Of a stretch of DNA of 64,000 nt, positions 28,629 to 40,975 are shown piece after piece; within the stretch, counting starts at the first letter, position 1; each line of letters begins with the position of its first letter. A program made the position numbers and the translations under genes. The notes below the pieces were generated by a model. The model made no database searches. It was given only the letters and a program-made list of their open reading frames with translations, and was not told the DNA's origin. Origin of the DNA: Epithemia pelagica (taxonomy: Eukaryota; Protista; Bacillariophyta); contig OX337229.1 of NCBI GenBank assembly GCA_946965045.2, forward strand, positions 1,116,001-1,180,000, read 5' to 3'.

Positions 28629-29103
28629 TTTCATCTTGTCTCAATTCGCAGAGGGTGGAAATACAACTGGGAACAACACAAGTTCAGAGATGCTTCTAAT
28701 TGGACGAGAGGAAGGTCCGTCGTACGGATGGAATCGGTTAAGGATCTAACTCTCCATACGGATGCCTCAGAAATGTATATGGAGCACAAATGAACGTGCT
28801 AGCGGCGTATGCTTGTGACAGTATTGGACAATGTCGAAAGGGTCTATTCTGACGTTCAAGTGGTCCGCAATTCACGCGTCGAGCCGTATAACTCCTCCTC
28901 CTCCAACAGCTACTCCTAGGAGTACTAGGAACGGAGAAATAGACATAAAGTCCCTAAAGACTAAAGGTCTATGTGTCGTCGCGGTTGTGGATCAAGGTAG
29001 CTTCACTCCATTACCCAAAAATTCATTTTGCGTAAAGATCCAAAGCGACCAAACAGACATCCTACCATATCCACACACTTTCGTGTCAAAGATTGTCTCC
29101 CCA

Positions 29104-31215
29104 ATGGCGACAATACGCAGCCTAGTGTTATTTTATTTCGTTGCATTTGTCAAGCATCAAGCCTCCTTTCCCTTGACCTTTCATTCTCGAAGTTCCGATG
29201 AAGCAACGTTTTGCCGCCATGCTTCATTTTTGGTCAAACGTCACATGAACCACCAGGATAACGAACATGATTCTTCAAGCCGAATTTCGTGCGAGCACTG
29301 TCAACAGCAATTCTCTTCCAGGAATGCCCTCTTTCGTCATCTACGAGCAGAAAACAGCTGTGGGGCAAAATCAAACATGCAGGAAAATCGATGGCTGGTC
29401 CGCAAATCGTTTGCTTTGCTTTTGGCATATCGAGAATCCCATGATACAGATGAAGATTCCGATGATAGCATCAACAAGTGCAGTTTGGCCCATCTGGCAG
29501 GTAAAGAGATGGAAGATAGGTTCGTTGAAGTTCTCCGTACCGCCACAAATAGTTCAGAACGGGAGCAACTATTGGTCCTTAGCCGTACACAGTCAAGTGT
29601 CGCCAGGCTACGATCCAACCATTTGCAACAAGATGCTGAATGTATGGCCTGTGGAGACGTTCTCGTTCTTACCATCCAACTACCGATGTGGATCACCAAA
29701 GATATGACATTCTTGGAGCAGATAGTGACTCCCCTTCTTTCACCCGAATATTCTATCGAGAAGGACGGTGTATCAGTGGACTTACTCGCTTGCAAACTTC
29801 TGGAGGAGAACATGCCATTGCACGCCGAAAGAAGCTGTACGCAGTATGTTTACCATTACCTTCTACCTATATCTTGGCTTCCAAACAGTGCTCAACTCCT
29901 GGAATGGTTGGAACAAAACGATCTGTCGACTCCACCACCAGGGGATACTCTGCGGAGACTTAAACACAACTGTCGAAGCGCTGAAAGTACAAGAATTAAC
30001 CCAGGTGACAGGGACACATATCTGGCCTCGCCATCAGAAAGTAATGGGGCTCGGATTGCTGCTGGAAGGTTCGGTGCATTAGGCCATAAAGAACGCCGAC
30101 CCTGGCACAACTTTTGCAGTTTCCCTTTGAGTCCCAACCACGAGTCTGGATGGCGTGTGATTGACCGTTGCCGTATCGTTGATTTCCCAAAGAGGAGTCA
30201 CATCTTGTTGGAAATTCGAGGTGATGAACTGCTGCAAGGTCAGGTGAGACGTCTCGTGGGAACACTCGTGGCCATGACGCACGGATGGATTCCCGAAAAT
30301 ACGCTTGGTGACATGACATCGACACAACAATTGGTGAAAACACCCATGGCTCCACCGGGCCGACTCTATTTATCTGAGACAAGGTTCCATTTTGAGGAAA
30401 TGCGTACAGGCGAAGAATCGCTGTTTGAATCACCAGCAGGTGGTACAGTGTGGTCTCATTTCACAAGAGAAGAGAAGATGCAGCAACTTCAAGACTTTAT
30501 CATAACAGAACGCCAAAAGGCAGTAACATCGGAATTGGATTGGTTGTTTCGTCTTCAGAACATCGATACGGTTCAAATATGTCGGCAGCTGATCGTTTCT
30601 GACACGGAGAGCACCCCTTCAGAGAGTCCCAGAGATCCATGTCTCGCTCCTGTACCGACGGCATTCAAGAAAGTCTTGGCCATGCTTAGCGACATTGTTC
30701 AACGTCAGGAATGGCCATCGACATCGTCGGCGCGATCACAAGTGATAAGTAACATCAACTCTCAAGAGGAAAAAACACAAGGATCCTTCACCATTGTCAA
30801 TCCCCAGTTTTGTGTCTCGAAATCGGATCTCTTACGTGGCAATCAACTGTTCCCAGAGCTGGTTAAGGCGGTCTTTGCATTAGAGGCAGATTTGGCCAGT
30901 ACCCCGAGGATGAGGTTGACCTCCAAAGGGATTCAAGAGAGCACTACAATACAAAGACCTGTATCCTCACATTGCGCAGTTAACTGCGACGCTCAGTTCA
31001 CTCCGCATGTCGACAGTGGAAGAGGGGCAGGGCAAAGCCTTTCAATGATTGTTGGTCTAGGCGACTACGAAGCGGGCTATCTCAACGTTGAAGAGAACTC
31101 GTTTGATATTCGCTATAAACCACTAGAATTTGATGGATGGAAGCTACGTCATTGGACGAGTCCATTCTCAGGACAACGATTTAGCCTTGTGTGGTTCACG
31201 CCGGAGATGAAATGA
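29104..31215 (+). CDS. C2H2 Zn finger + TruA/Pus1-like pseudouridine synthase + C-terminal 2OG-Fe(II) dioxygenase fusion
   Basis: CEHCQQQFSSRNALFRHL; TruA-like motifs LHAERSCTQYVYHYLLP, WHNF, IRGDELLQGQVRRLVGTLV, PMAPPGRLYL; dioxygenase HxD (PHVD)...H (RHWT)...R (RFSLVWF). Signal peptide-like start at ATG 29104. Confidence 0.75.
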   Translation: MATIRSLVLFYFVAFVKHQASFPLTFHSRSSDEATFCRHASFLVKRHMNHQDNEHDSSSRISCEHCQQQFSSRNALFRHLRAENSCGAKSNMQENRWLVRKSFALLLAYRESHDTDEDSDDSINKCSLAHLAGKEMEDRFVEVLRTATNSSEREQLLVLSRTQSSVARLRSNHLQQDAECMACGDVLVLTIQLPMWITKDMTFLEQIVTPLLSPEYSIEKDGVSVDLLACKLLEENMPLHAERSCTQYVYHYLLPISWLPNSAQLLEWLEQNDLSTPPPGDTLRRLKHNCRSAESTRINPGDRDTYLASPSESNGARIAAGRFGALGHKERRPWHNFCSFPLSPNHESGWRVIDRCRIVDFPKRSHILLEIRGDELLQGQVRRLVGTLVAMTHGWIPENTLGDMTSTQQLVKTPMAPPGRLYLSETRFHFEEMRTGEESLFESPAGGTVWSHFTREEKMQQLQDFIITERQKAVTSELDWLFRLQNIDTVQICRQLIVSDTESTPSESPRDPCLAPVPTAFKKVLAMLSDIVQRQEWPSTSSARSQVISNINSQEEKTQGSFTIVNPQFCVSKSDLLRGNQLFPELVKAVFALEADLASTPRMRLTSKGIQESTTIQRPVSSHCAVNCDAQFTPHVDSGRGAGQSLSMIVGLGDYEAGYLNVEENSFDIRYKPLEFDGWKLRHWTSPFSGQRFSLVWFTPEMK

Positions 31216-31356
31216 CACGGATTTCGAGAGTATCGGCGAATAAGACGCGTGGTCAAAAGACTATCTTTAAGCAGTGATAATATGACCGACGACGTGATCG
31301 TTCGCTTCCTCCGCGACGGTGTGTCCACCACTGTGTCACCAAAGCGACTTGAAAAA

Positions 31357-33100
31357 TCATTGACTCTCAGCGTCTGCATCATCAGCTTGCCGTTTCGAAT
31401 GATCACCGACTACTTCGACTGCTGATTCCTCTCTTAGCGTGGAATCCTGTTGTTCCAGAAGCATATGTTCTCGTCCAACCATGGCGACCGCTTTCCGATA
31501 ATCACCGATAAGAAACAAACATAAAATTCCGATAAAGAACCATACAGTCATAACTCCAATTCCTATCCGTTGACTAACTCCGGCCTCATTCATTGCAGTG
31601 AATACAAGCGGCGGGAGCCAAGTCAAGATCTGACCTGCAAACAAATATGTTCCCATCAACTCTGCATCCTGGTCGGGTGGAATCCTGAGAAGAAAAGCAA
31701 ACTGAAGTAAGGGAAACTTGAATACGAAGAAGGAGGACGAGTTTCAAACGAACATACATCGTCGATGCCAACACACGGTCAGTGGTCCACTTCCAACCTC
31801 CAGCAGCACCCCATACCAAAGCGAACAGGTAAGTTTCCATTTGTTGCCCTGGACCTGTAAGCACAACAGAAGCTGCCACAGTGTTGGTAGCCAGCAGAAA
31901 TGTGGCGACAAGAGCACTTCGAGCGGGGTTCCACCAAACGGTCGTGTAACCAGCAACAATTGCTCCAGGGATACTTCCAATGAGGAAAAAAATGAAAGTA
32001 ATACCATTTTCAGTTGTGGAAAATGCCAGGGTATCAGTCTGACGATGCGCAATTGTTTGATGAGAGCGATATAATACTTAACGTGTACGACCCATACTGA
32101 AATCACTTACAAGGTATGTCAGCATAACGGTTGCCAAAGATCCAGCCCCGGCATCAACGAAAGCGACTGATGTATAGAACCATTTCAAACCGGGTAGATT
32201 TCGATAGATGTACACGGATGTTTGGTACACCTTGCTCCATCCAGCGACCCAAAGCGATTTGCCAGCTGGGCGTTCCTGACAGGCAGGACGAGGTTGCAGG
32301 AGTCGGAACCATGCAGGGTACAGTGCAATAGATACAACCACAAACGAGACAGCCTGACCAAAGCGAGCCACATTCGTCACGTCATCGGCAAACCCCAAGG
32401 CCGATGAGATACCAACGACTCCTCCGAGGAGAAGCAACATGGCAACGAAAGACAGAATGGTAAAAGATTGTGTGTATTGATTTAATCGTTCCTCGCTGTT
32501 GGCAAGCTCCGGAAGGTATGCATAAGTCATTAGAGTCTGAGTCCATCCAACAAAAGCAAGAAACAACTGGAGTATCGCAATCGGGAACCAGGTATCGGAG
32601 CTAATTGCAAGCGAAGGAAGTATGAGGAGACAGAGAAGAATTGTTGAGATTTGGCCAACAAGGAGTCTTTTGTCGGTATAGTCCACGATTGCACCCATCG
32701 CTGGAAGTAGGGCCGCACTAACGACACCGACAACAATGATGAATGTTGTCAAAAGGGAACTGGGACGAATACCGTATACTCGTCCATCACAATCAGGTAC
32801 TTTGTTGCTTCCTGGTGGTGGATCAACTTCACAACCAGCTTCCTCTTTCGCTAGACGTAACAAGGCGGTAAACAAGAAGGCACTGGAGGCGAAAGCGACG
32901 GCTCGACCGACCGCATCCAGTGCCCACCCAAGCGCTTCGATATTTCCGTGATACACAGGCTTCTTTTTCCAGTGAGGATACCACCGAGGAAGTTGGGGCT
33001 GACTAGTTGGGTTGATTTCGCCATCCCGAAACTCCTGCTCGTGAGACGAGGCATGTGTAACATCTTCCGCACCCCCTGGTTGAGATTGAGTATCCTCCAT
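31357..33100 (-). CDS. MFS transporter, Atg22/UMF1-like (multi-exon)
   Basis: Many TM helices; GWALDAVG, LLPAMGAIVDYT, YAYLPEL, WKWTTDR..AS; exons seen as ORFs 32078..33100, 31586..31879 and 31357..31659. Confidence 0.82.
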
Positions 33101-33610
33101 TTGTTACGGCAAATGTTGTTGATGACGTCGGAGAGTGAGCACGTGACTGACGAACTTGATGAAAGAGAGCAAAGAAAAGGAGTGGAGAAGCCTTAGCTAT
33201 CTGAGACCTGACATGTAAGGCTCTTTAATTTCCTTGATTGTACGCAGAGCGAAAGGAAGACCGATCACAGTCCCCATCAAAGTTCAGGGAGCAATTGTTC
33301 ACAGAATGAGATGCAGCGTCAAATATCATCGTCATATTTTTGAAAAACTAGGTGAATGGCGTCGGAGCTACCTCTTGCCTTTCAACTGTCCCTGTTACGT
33401 TGGAGAGAAAATATAGATAGGGGAGAGGAATTTATCATATCCTAAACTCTGGAAACTATGGTACGTCTCGAACCATTGAATTGCTCTGTTAACTCTTCAG
33501 AAGAGCGAACTAAGCGATAACCCATGATCTATGGAAGTAACGCCGTCCAGAACCGATCGCATAGTCAGGGCATGCGTCAACTAGGAGTATGGGATTGGGA
33601 AATGAAAAAG

Positions 33611-35206
33611 TCATTCCGTAGCATTCTCTCTTTCACTCTTCCCTCGACTTCGTCTCCATTGAAGGAAATCCGACGCTTTCATGTTTTCTTCCGTTTCATA
33701 TTCCACATACTCGGCAATGGCCGATCGCAGTCCTGGGTGACATTTGTAATGGGCCGAATGGATTAAGGCAGGGTCAAATCCACGGGCCCATTTGTAATCT
33801 CCTCCTCCCGTTCCTGGTTCCATCCGATCCAAACCTTGTTCAATGCAATACTCTATAGCAGCCCAGTAACACGTTTCAAAGTGCAAGTTTTTGATTTCTT
33901 CGTCCGCGACACATCCCCAATATCGCCCAACGAAGACGCCGTCCTTGATGACATTAAAGGTCCCAGCAAATACATCGTCGGCGCAAAATTCGGGTGTTTC
34001 TGCGTTGGTAACATTGGAGGTGTTTGTTGCGTCGTATCTAGCACACATGAAGCACAAATTGTCGACAAAGTCGGATTTCGCCAGACGTTGAAAAAATTCC
34101 AACGTCAAGTACTGTCGACCATAGTACATTTTGTCAATCGTCGACCGATATATTTCAAACATTTTTTCCATGAGTCCAGGGTACTTGAGAATCTCTTTTC
34201 CTCGAATGGCATCGACTCGTATGCCCTCGTCTTCTCTCACTTTACGACGTTCTCGACGAATGTTGATTCTTCTTTTGCTCTTAAAGTTTTGAAGGTATTC
34301 ATCAAAGGATTTGTACCGTTTTCCCTCATTATTTGGATTCCGATTACTCCAGTGATACTGGACGGATGTTCGTCGCAAGAATACGTCATTCCCGATAATT
34401 TTACGACGTCCCAGTAGCATCTCCTGAATCTGTTCCTGTATCGTTTGATTCTGTTTCTGGGACATGTCTCCCAGCTCACCCCCAATATCCAATGCTTCCT
34501 TCTCTGTCATGAAATTGATGTGTACGCTGGAAAGCTTGTTCGAGGCTGCCACTGTGAGGAGGAACTGAGCCACCAATTGGCGCAGCCGCGCAATCTCTAG
34601 TTCGCTATACTTGTCATAGACTGACGGATGCCACAAGACTCGGTTTCCTGTCGCAGGCGTAAAGGGCACCGCTACAAGCATTTTTGGATAGTACTCGATT
34701 CCATTTTGATAGGCCGCCTCGGCCCACGCATTATCGAAAATGAACTCTCCCATGGAGTGGCCTTTAATGTACATGGGAACGAATCCAATGGTTTGTCCAC
34801 TGTCGTCTTTCATGGATATATGTTGGGGTACCCAACCAGTTTTCGGAGAGGCACAACCAGACTCTTCTAGACAGAGCAACCAACTGTGGTCCAGAAATGC
34901 CGAACTCGTTTGATTGCATGCGACGCATTCATTCCAGTCATCTTCCGATATATCAGCAATGGAAGAATGCAACTCGAATTCCAATGTATTCTCAGCCGTG
35001 GCTTCCGACGATGTCGAAGTGTCGGATGATGTTTCCGAAGAGCGTTTCGAAGAACCCAATTGAACCTGGACTTGTTTGACTCGGCTTTGTGTACTCAGTC
35101 CGGTCGACGCGAGCGACGAAAAAGCGTCGACAAAGATGTTCTGGTCTCCACCCTTACAGTAGATCAGTATAGAAACGACCCATGTCAACAGGGAAGTTTG
35201 TTTCAT
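33611..35206 (-). CDS. FemAB-like / DUF482 GNAT-fold protein, probably plastid-targeted
   Basis: YIKGHSMGEFIFDNAWA, YYPKMLVAVPFTPATG, FKSKRRINIRRER, GRYWG, LHFETCYWAAIEYCI; signal peptide followed by VDAFSS. Confidence 0.88.
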   Translation of the reverse strand: MKQTSLLTWVVSILIYCKGGDQNIFVDAFSSLASTGLSTQSRVKQVQVQLGSSKRSSETSSDTSTSSEATAENTLEFELHSSIADISEDDWNECVACNQTSSAFLDHSWLLCLEESGCASPKTGWVPQHISMKDDSGQTIGFVPMYIKGHSMGEFIFDNAWAEAAYQNGIEYYPKMLVAVPFTPATGNRVLWHPSVYDKYSELEIARLRQLVAQFLLTVAASNKLSSVHINFMTEKEALDIGGELGDMSQKQNQTIQEQIQEMLLGRRKIIGNDVFLRRTSVQYHWSNRNPNNEGKRYKSFDEYLQNFKSKRRINIRRERRKVREDEGIRVDAIRGKEILKYPGLMEKMFEIYRSTIDKMYYGRQYLTLEFFQRLAKSDFVDNLCFMCARYDATNTSNVTNAETPEFCADDVFAGTFNVIKDGVFVGRYWGCVADEEIKNLHFETCYWAAIEYCIEQGLDRMEPGTGGGDYKWARGFDPALIHSAHYKCHPGLRSAIAEYVEYETEENMKASDFLQWRRSRGKSERENATE

Positions 35207-35509
35207 TGCTTTAATTCAACAAGGGCTAATCTAGGTAGAATGGATCCCAGTAGGATTATCGCAACGACGCAGCTCTCATCGTCGGAATAAGAATTCCCCA
35301 AAAGATCGTCCGCAAAAGATGACGCATAGGTCAGTCGCACTTCGGATGCGTCGTGCTGGCGCCCGGCGCGCACGCGCGCTCGTTGGATGGGCGTTTTGTG
35401 ATCCCGCACGACAGCTTGGAATGTGGACGAGACATGTGGTCCGCAAAAAATGACGGGAGGAAGAGCTGCAAACAGGTGATTCCAACAGACACTCAAAGCA
35501 CCAAATCCA

Positions 35510-38500
35510 ATGTCAACACATTCCTACCGAGGAGAGAGACGCCACCGGCGCGGCCCAACACGGCAACAAGCTCGTCGTGACCTAGAAAGCCTCGTACGCG
35601 AAGCGGGAGGTCCTGGTCACGCTTTGGAAGAACCAGAGCAACGGAAATTTCCTTCTGGATCTTCTCGAAAGAGAACAGTGGATGGTGTCTGTCCATCCCC
35701 ATGGAGCAACCATGACGAGATTGCAGCCGGTCTTCATGGTCAACGAATTTCTGGGACAACATCGGTATCGCTTCATCGTGGTCGTCTTTTCCGTACTCCC
35801 GGGGCTTCCACAACCAATAGAGGTGGCCAAGCACAGCCATTGAAAAGCACTGGCATGAAATTTCCTTCCTCGAGACTTTCCAAGCAATCACGATTTTCTC
35901 GCGCCTCGTCTTCTCGACAAGGAAGCTCGAGTGGCGGTGTTCCTGCTGTACACGTTGTCTGTGCAATATCCGAAAATTTGGCCCGAGAAACCTGTGTCTC
36001 ATCCCTCGATGCTGGATCCCCCTTGTATCTTTATGCCACAAAGCAGGCAAATGGCCAAACATACTTGGAAACAATTTCGTACCTGGAGGTTCTCAAGCCA
36101 GATGAGGTTCTCTTGAACGAGGGACGGCGATCGTCTCAACTGGCACGAAAAATCCTGGAATTCTACAACCAACAAGAAGGAAGTACACTGTACCCTACCA
36201 CGGACTCGACGAACGACTCTAAAAATGAGGAATATGATCATGGTGGGCATGAGCGTTCCATTAACGGTCCATGTGCAACATCTACAGTGGTCAAGTTCAT
36301 CTCGAGAGCATACTTTGATCAGACCAAGGGCGCTGAGCTTCTCCGAAGGCTTGCTCGAGAGGAAACGTACAATACATCTGTAATGGAAGAATATATCTTG
36401 CTCTCATCTGCCAATGCTGTCTTGAACTACACGCAGCTCACTCTTGGTGTTTCTGTGGCACCCGGGTGTCTTTTTCTCAACGTCAATGCCGGTGGTCGCA
36501 ATCGAATGGAGATTGACCGGTCGACACTTCTGCATCTTGAGTTACTCGTCAACTCCAAGACGGGCAAGGCCAAGAACTCCCTGATTGGAACAGTGGACAA
36601 AACCAAAACCACGGTGGGAAGTCGACTCCTCCGATCCAACCTCATGTCACCTCCCACAGAAATTGAAACAATCACCGCTAGACTGGATCTCGTGGACCGT
36701 TTTCTTACCGACGATTCTTTTTTCTTTCATGTGTACGAGCATCTTATCCATCTTCCCGATATGGACAAGATATTGTCCAACATTGCCTTGATACCACGTA
36801 TTCCCGCCCCTGGCGAAGGCAAGAAGTTGAGCCAAGCTTCGCAAGAAAGGACTGCCAGCAAAGGTATTTCCGCCTTGGTCTGCATCAAGTCATGTTTGTC
36901 AGCCATGCCAGCCTTTGCACAAGTCTTGACCACACATTTGAATTCTCATGATCAACATGACAAACAGGAAGCAAGGGGACATGCACATGTCTCTTCAGAC
37001 CACGAGTCGGTGCAGACCCATAGGAACAGTCTCATGATTGGAATTGGCAGTCTTTCCAATGCTCAATCGAAATCTATCCAACTGGCTCCCAATCACCTGA
37101 TTCGAGCAATTGTCTTTGCCATGAGCAATCCCTCTCTCGAAGAGCTGTTGACCGTCGTTTCCGATGCCTTTACTCCATCTACGGAATTCAGCCGAAATTC
37201 GAACGCGATGCGGCATCAAGAGTGCTTTGCCCTCAAGGCCGAGGAAGAAGGGATTGTCAGCATCCTCCGCAAGGCTTTCCTTGCAAATGTAGACGATATT
37301 TACAGAAAAGCAGATGACTATGCCGAATCCTTTGGGATGACGGTTACGGTCAAACACACTGCCGGCCGGGGCTACTTCCTCTCGATTCCACTTGACCATT
37401 GTACAGAATTTCCAAAACTTTTCATCCAAGCAACCAAGTCAGGGCGGTTCATTCATTGTAGCACTGAGGAAGTCACGAGCCTGAACATGCGAGCTCGCGA
37501 GAATGTTCACGATCTCTTGGTGCTTACGTATGACAGAATTCAAGAAATTCTTGAGATTGCTCGTTCACACTACGATGCCCTTGCCGCTCTTTCGGATGCA
37601 ATAGCGTTGCTGGATATGTGCCACGGTTTCGCTGACATTGTTTCGTTAAGTGACGAGCCATGGTGCCGTCCTCTCTTGAGCGCCGGTCGAAAACAGAGTC
37701 GAGAGTCTTGTGGAGAAGAAGACGACATGACCAACACGGCGGATCCTAGTCCTTGCCGCCAAAACACTCTTGTGATTAGAAACGGACGATTTGGAATCGA
37801 CGTTTCATCCACTAGATCCGCGGATCTTGGACCTTTCGTACCCAATGACACCTTTTCAGGAGGAGAAAAATATTTCACCATCATTACTGGTATAAACGGT
37901 AAGCAAATCATGTATTCACTTCACATTACAATCACGACTTGGGGGCTCCTCACCTGTATAATTCTCCTATTGGGTCTTGAAAAAACACAGGCAGCGGGAA
38001 AAGCACGTATTTGAAGCAACTTGCAATCATTGTCGTCCTTGCCCATTGTGGAAGCTATGTCCCCGCCGAACAGGCATCCGTCCCAATTCGAGACAAACTC
38101 TGTGCACGGATCGGTACAGTGGACGACCAAGAACAGAATATTTCCACATTTATGCAGGAAATGAAAGAGACATCGCATATATGCAACAACGCAACAGACA
38201 CATCACTGATCCTCATGGACGAGCTTGGTCGGGCAACCAGTAATGAGGATGGAGTTTCCATTGCATGGGCAGTTGCAGAGTATCTCATGAAGAAGCGATC
38301 CATGACCTTCTTTGTCACGCATTATCCGCAGCTGAACCGACTTGCTGAGATCTATCCCTGTGCTCAGAACATTTCCATGGACGCCAAGATTTCAGGGGGA
38401 GATCTCGGCGAGATCAGATATACATACAAGATCAAATCCGGGGCATGCAAATACGAGACCGATTACGGGATCAAACTCGCATCACTGTGCGGTTGGCCAT

Positions 38501-38943
38501 CGTCTATCGTTGCTGACGCTGCCAATATCGAAGGACAGATTGCCCACCTGTTACCGCAAGACGGCCCATGTCAGGACGATGGGTCGACGTCCGATCCGTT
38601 GGCCATATACCACGCATTGCTGAACGTGCAAAAAGCGCTGAAAGACATTGCCAATACGGAGCGACCACCACAATCAATGAATTCATTCCGACAAATGCTC
38701 CAAGACGTGAAAGATTCGCACATAGGGAAGTGTGACGAGCAGCTTATCAGGCAATTTGAATGTCTTCTTTTCCGCGAAATTGATGGCGCAACTGCATCGG
38801 AGGCGAACTCTATGCCTTATAATAGCGCCCCTGCCGACGAAGACGGCGGCAGTCGTGATACATCCAGCCTAAGCTCTTCAAGCCTCAGTTCTTCGAGTTT
38901 TTCTACATCTAGCTCCAGTGAGATCTCTGCCGCAGACGATTAA
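35510..38943 (+). CDS. MSH4: Meiotic MutS homolog 4 (2 exons)
   Basis: Intron 37899-37990 completes the Walker A motif TGING|SGKSTYLKQ; STFMQEMKE, LMDELGRATS, FVTHY. The N-terminus has ICAISENLARE rather than a mismatch-binding domain, which fits MSH4. Confidence 0.88.
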
Positions 38944-39045
38944 AGAGGATGAATTAGACGACATCGAGTTCATGTATTGGCAGACTAATATCAAATATAT
39001 GTACCTGTAGAAATTCGCCATGCAGAAGGATATAGAATGGCTTAA

Positions 39046-40127
39046 TCAGGAAAAGGCACTTGCAAGTTTCTCACGCACACCCCCAATGAAGCTAAGATTC
39101 CACCTGTTGCTGGATCTTCGTGCTCTTGACCGACTCTGCTCCGAACGTCCCTCGGAGCTTCTCTTCGAGCGATCGGCTCTCTTTTGACGAGAGCGCCGCT
39201 TATTTCCGATTTGGTCTGATGAATCGTCGAACCAGTCGTAACGACACATGTTCAGAATGTAGTAAATGCATTCATCAGGCAGCATGGCAATTGGTGACTC
39301 AGAGCGTCGTTGGCATGCCAAGAGTGTCGTCGTAGCATCTTGGAATTGCGTCCCAAAGCGGAGGTGCTTGTCTGGACTCCACAGCTGATAAATAGCTCCA
39401 AAGTCAATTTGCCCGACAAACTCTCGCCTATCTCGCCAAGCACCTCCCCAGCCCCAAATATTCTCTCGATCAAATGGCTCTGGCGAAAGGTGGGCAGCTC
39501 CAGAATGGATGGTGAGAAAATTATCGGTGTAGCGAGTAGATCGATTCGTGCGAGAGTTATCATAGACCACTGATAAGTCATTTTCTGCTGCGGAATGGAT
39601 ATAGATCAATCGTGTTTGCCCTGGCTCTAAAATGATCGGCGTCCTTGATAGATCGAGAACCTCATACTGGCGGCGACTTGGATCATGAGATTTGTCGTAA
39701 ATTTTAGTCCATGAGCTCGCATCGTATCGGAGTCTATGTAAGCTGTATTCATTGCCTTCATGACCCCCGAGTGCGTCCACATTCGTTACCCATACAGTCA
39801 TGGGTCCTAAATTCCCACGTACAGAGACCGATCGAATTACGAGTCGACTGACTGGCAAAACAGACTTGGCCTGGATAGGAAACATAATTCCGCTGTTGAA
39901 AATTTAGAACAAGGAAAATCGAAAAAGAAAAATCGTAGAAAGATCGCTAACAGCTTACCAGAAGGTGTGATCCTCATGATCTATTCAAGTCAGATTGAAG
40001 AAGAAGCGTGATGAGTAGAACACAGTCAAACCAGCAAGCCGTTTACCGTCGTCTTACCGAGGGTATCAACACGAACATTCTCATGTACCTCGTAGCAAGC
40101 TGTAGAAGGAAGATTTAGGGCAGCCAT
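39046..40127 (-). CDS. Uncharacterised protein (3 exons)
   Basis: Manual splicing gives MAALNLPSTACYEVHENVRVDTL|DHEDHTFC|GIMFPIQAK..., joining ORF 39046..39885; F-box-like C-terminal motif AMLPDECIYYILNMC. Confidence 0.7.
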
Positions 40128-40237
40128 TATTGGTGCTTACGATTATGGAACAGATATGAGAAGTGAGAAGGAATTGATCGGGATGGAGGTTGAGAAAATC
40201 TGAAGAAGGATGCATCACAGAGAAAAGATATCAATAT

Positions 40238-40975
40238 TACCCCCTAGCGGGGGTGGTTTCGAGGTTGTAGTTTCTGTGAACCACCCCCATACCTCTTTCG
40301 GCCGGCATATCTCATTCCTTCCACCGCGATAACAACACGACAATCAAACTTTGTCGTTGCTGGTGACCTCCTACGGCCACCCCATCATGATCCGACCATC
40401 ACATGCTTCATATTGGTACCATGGCAGTGCATTGTGAGGGGCACAGTGCATGCGGGCCATTCTAGGAAATGACCAATACAGTGACGCTGTAATACGGCAC
40501 AATAGGAGACCATGATGGCGTGAAAATAAATGAGAGTTGCTGTTTTGCTATCAATACACTGTGTAGCTACTACTGTGATGTGTATTGTGTACCAATAGGT
40601 GTCCAAACAATGTAAGATAAGAGCCATATAGTCCCTTTGAGTTGCTTCGTTCGAAATGGCAAGACGTCGCTTCCGTACCTGTGCCCTGTGCCACGAGGCA
40701 TGGCGCCTATGAGTCTGATGCATAACAGCCTTAACCATTAAATTTTGGTGATGTCAATGCATCCTACACTATTGGTTTGAGGTCTTTGACTGGGAAGACA
40801 GGTTTGAAGAGTCCAAATAGGTGCACAACAACCTGTGCAACACCATGGTCCGTGTTGTTATCGTGGTGGAGGAAATGAGATACGCCAGCCGACAGGAAAC
40901 AGGTTATTTTTGGCAAATAGGTATGGGGGTGGCTCAGAGAAATTACACCCTATAAGCCATCCCCGCTGGGGGGTA
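40238..40975. mobile_element. Non-autonomous DNA transposon (MITE; Mutator-like by TSD and TIR length)
   Basis: Termini TACCCCC...GGGGGTA; imperfect TIRs 40238-40339 and 40851-40975 with one ~23-bp indel; exact 10-bp flanking direct repeat ATATCAATAT (40228-40237, 40976-40985); no transposase ORF. Confidence 0.88.

Noticed and set aside
40385-40738. 117-aa ORF inside the MITE
   Set aside because: No DDE or DNA-binding motifs; probably spurious.
40240-40973. Alternative reading of the MITE as Tc1/mariner (TA TSD) or hAT (8-bp TSD)
   Set aside because: A TA TSD leaves the exact 10-bp flanking duplication unexplained. The 8-bp reading is formally possible but the termini are not hAT-like; other copies are needed to settle it.
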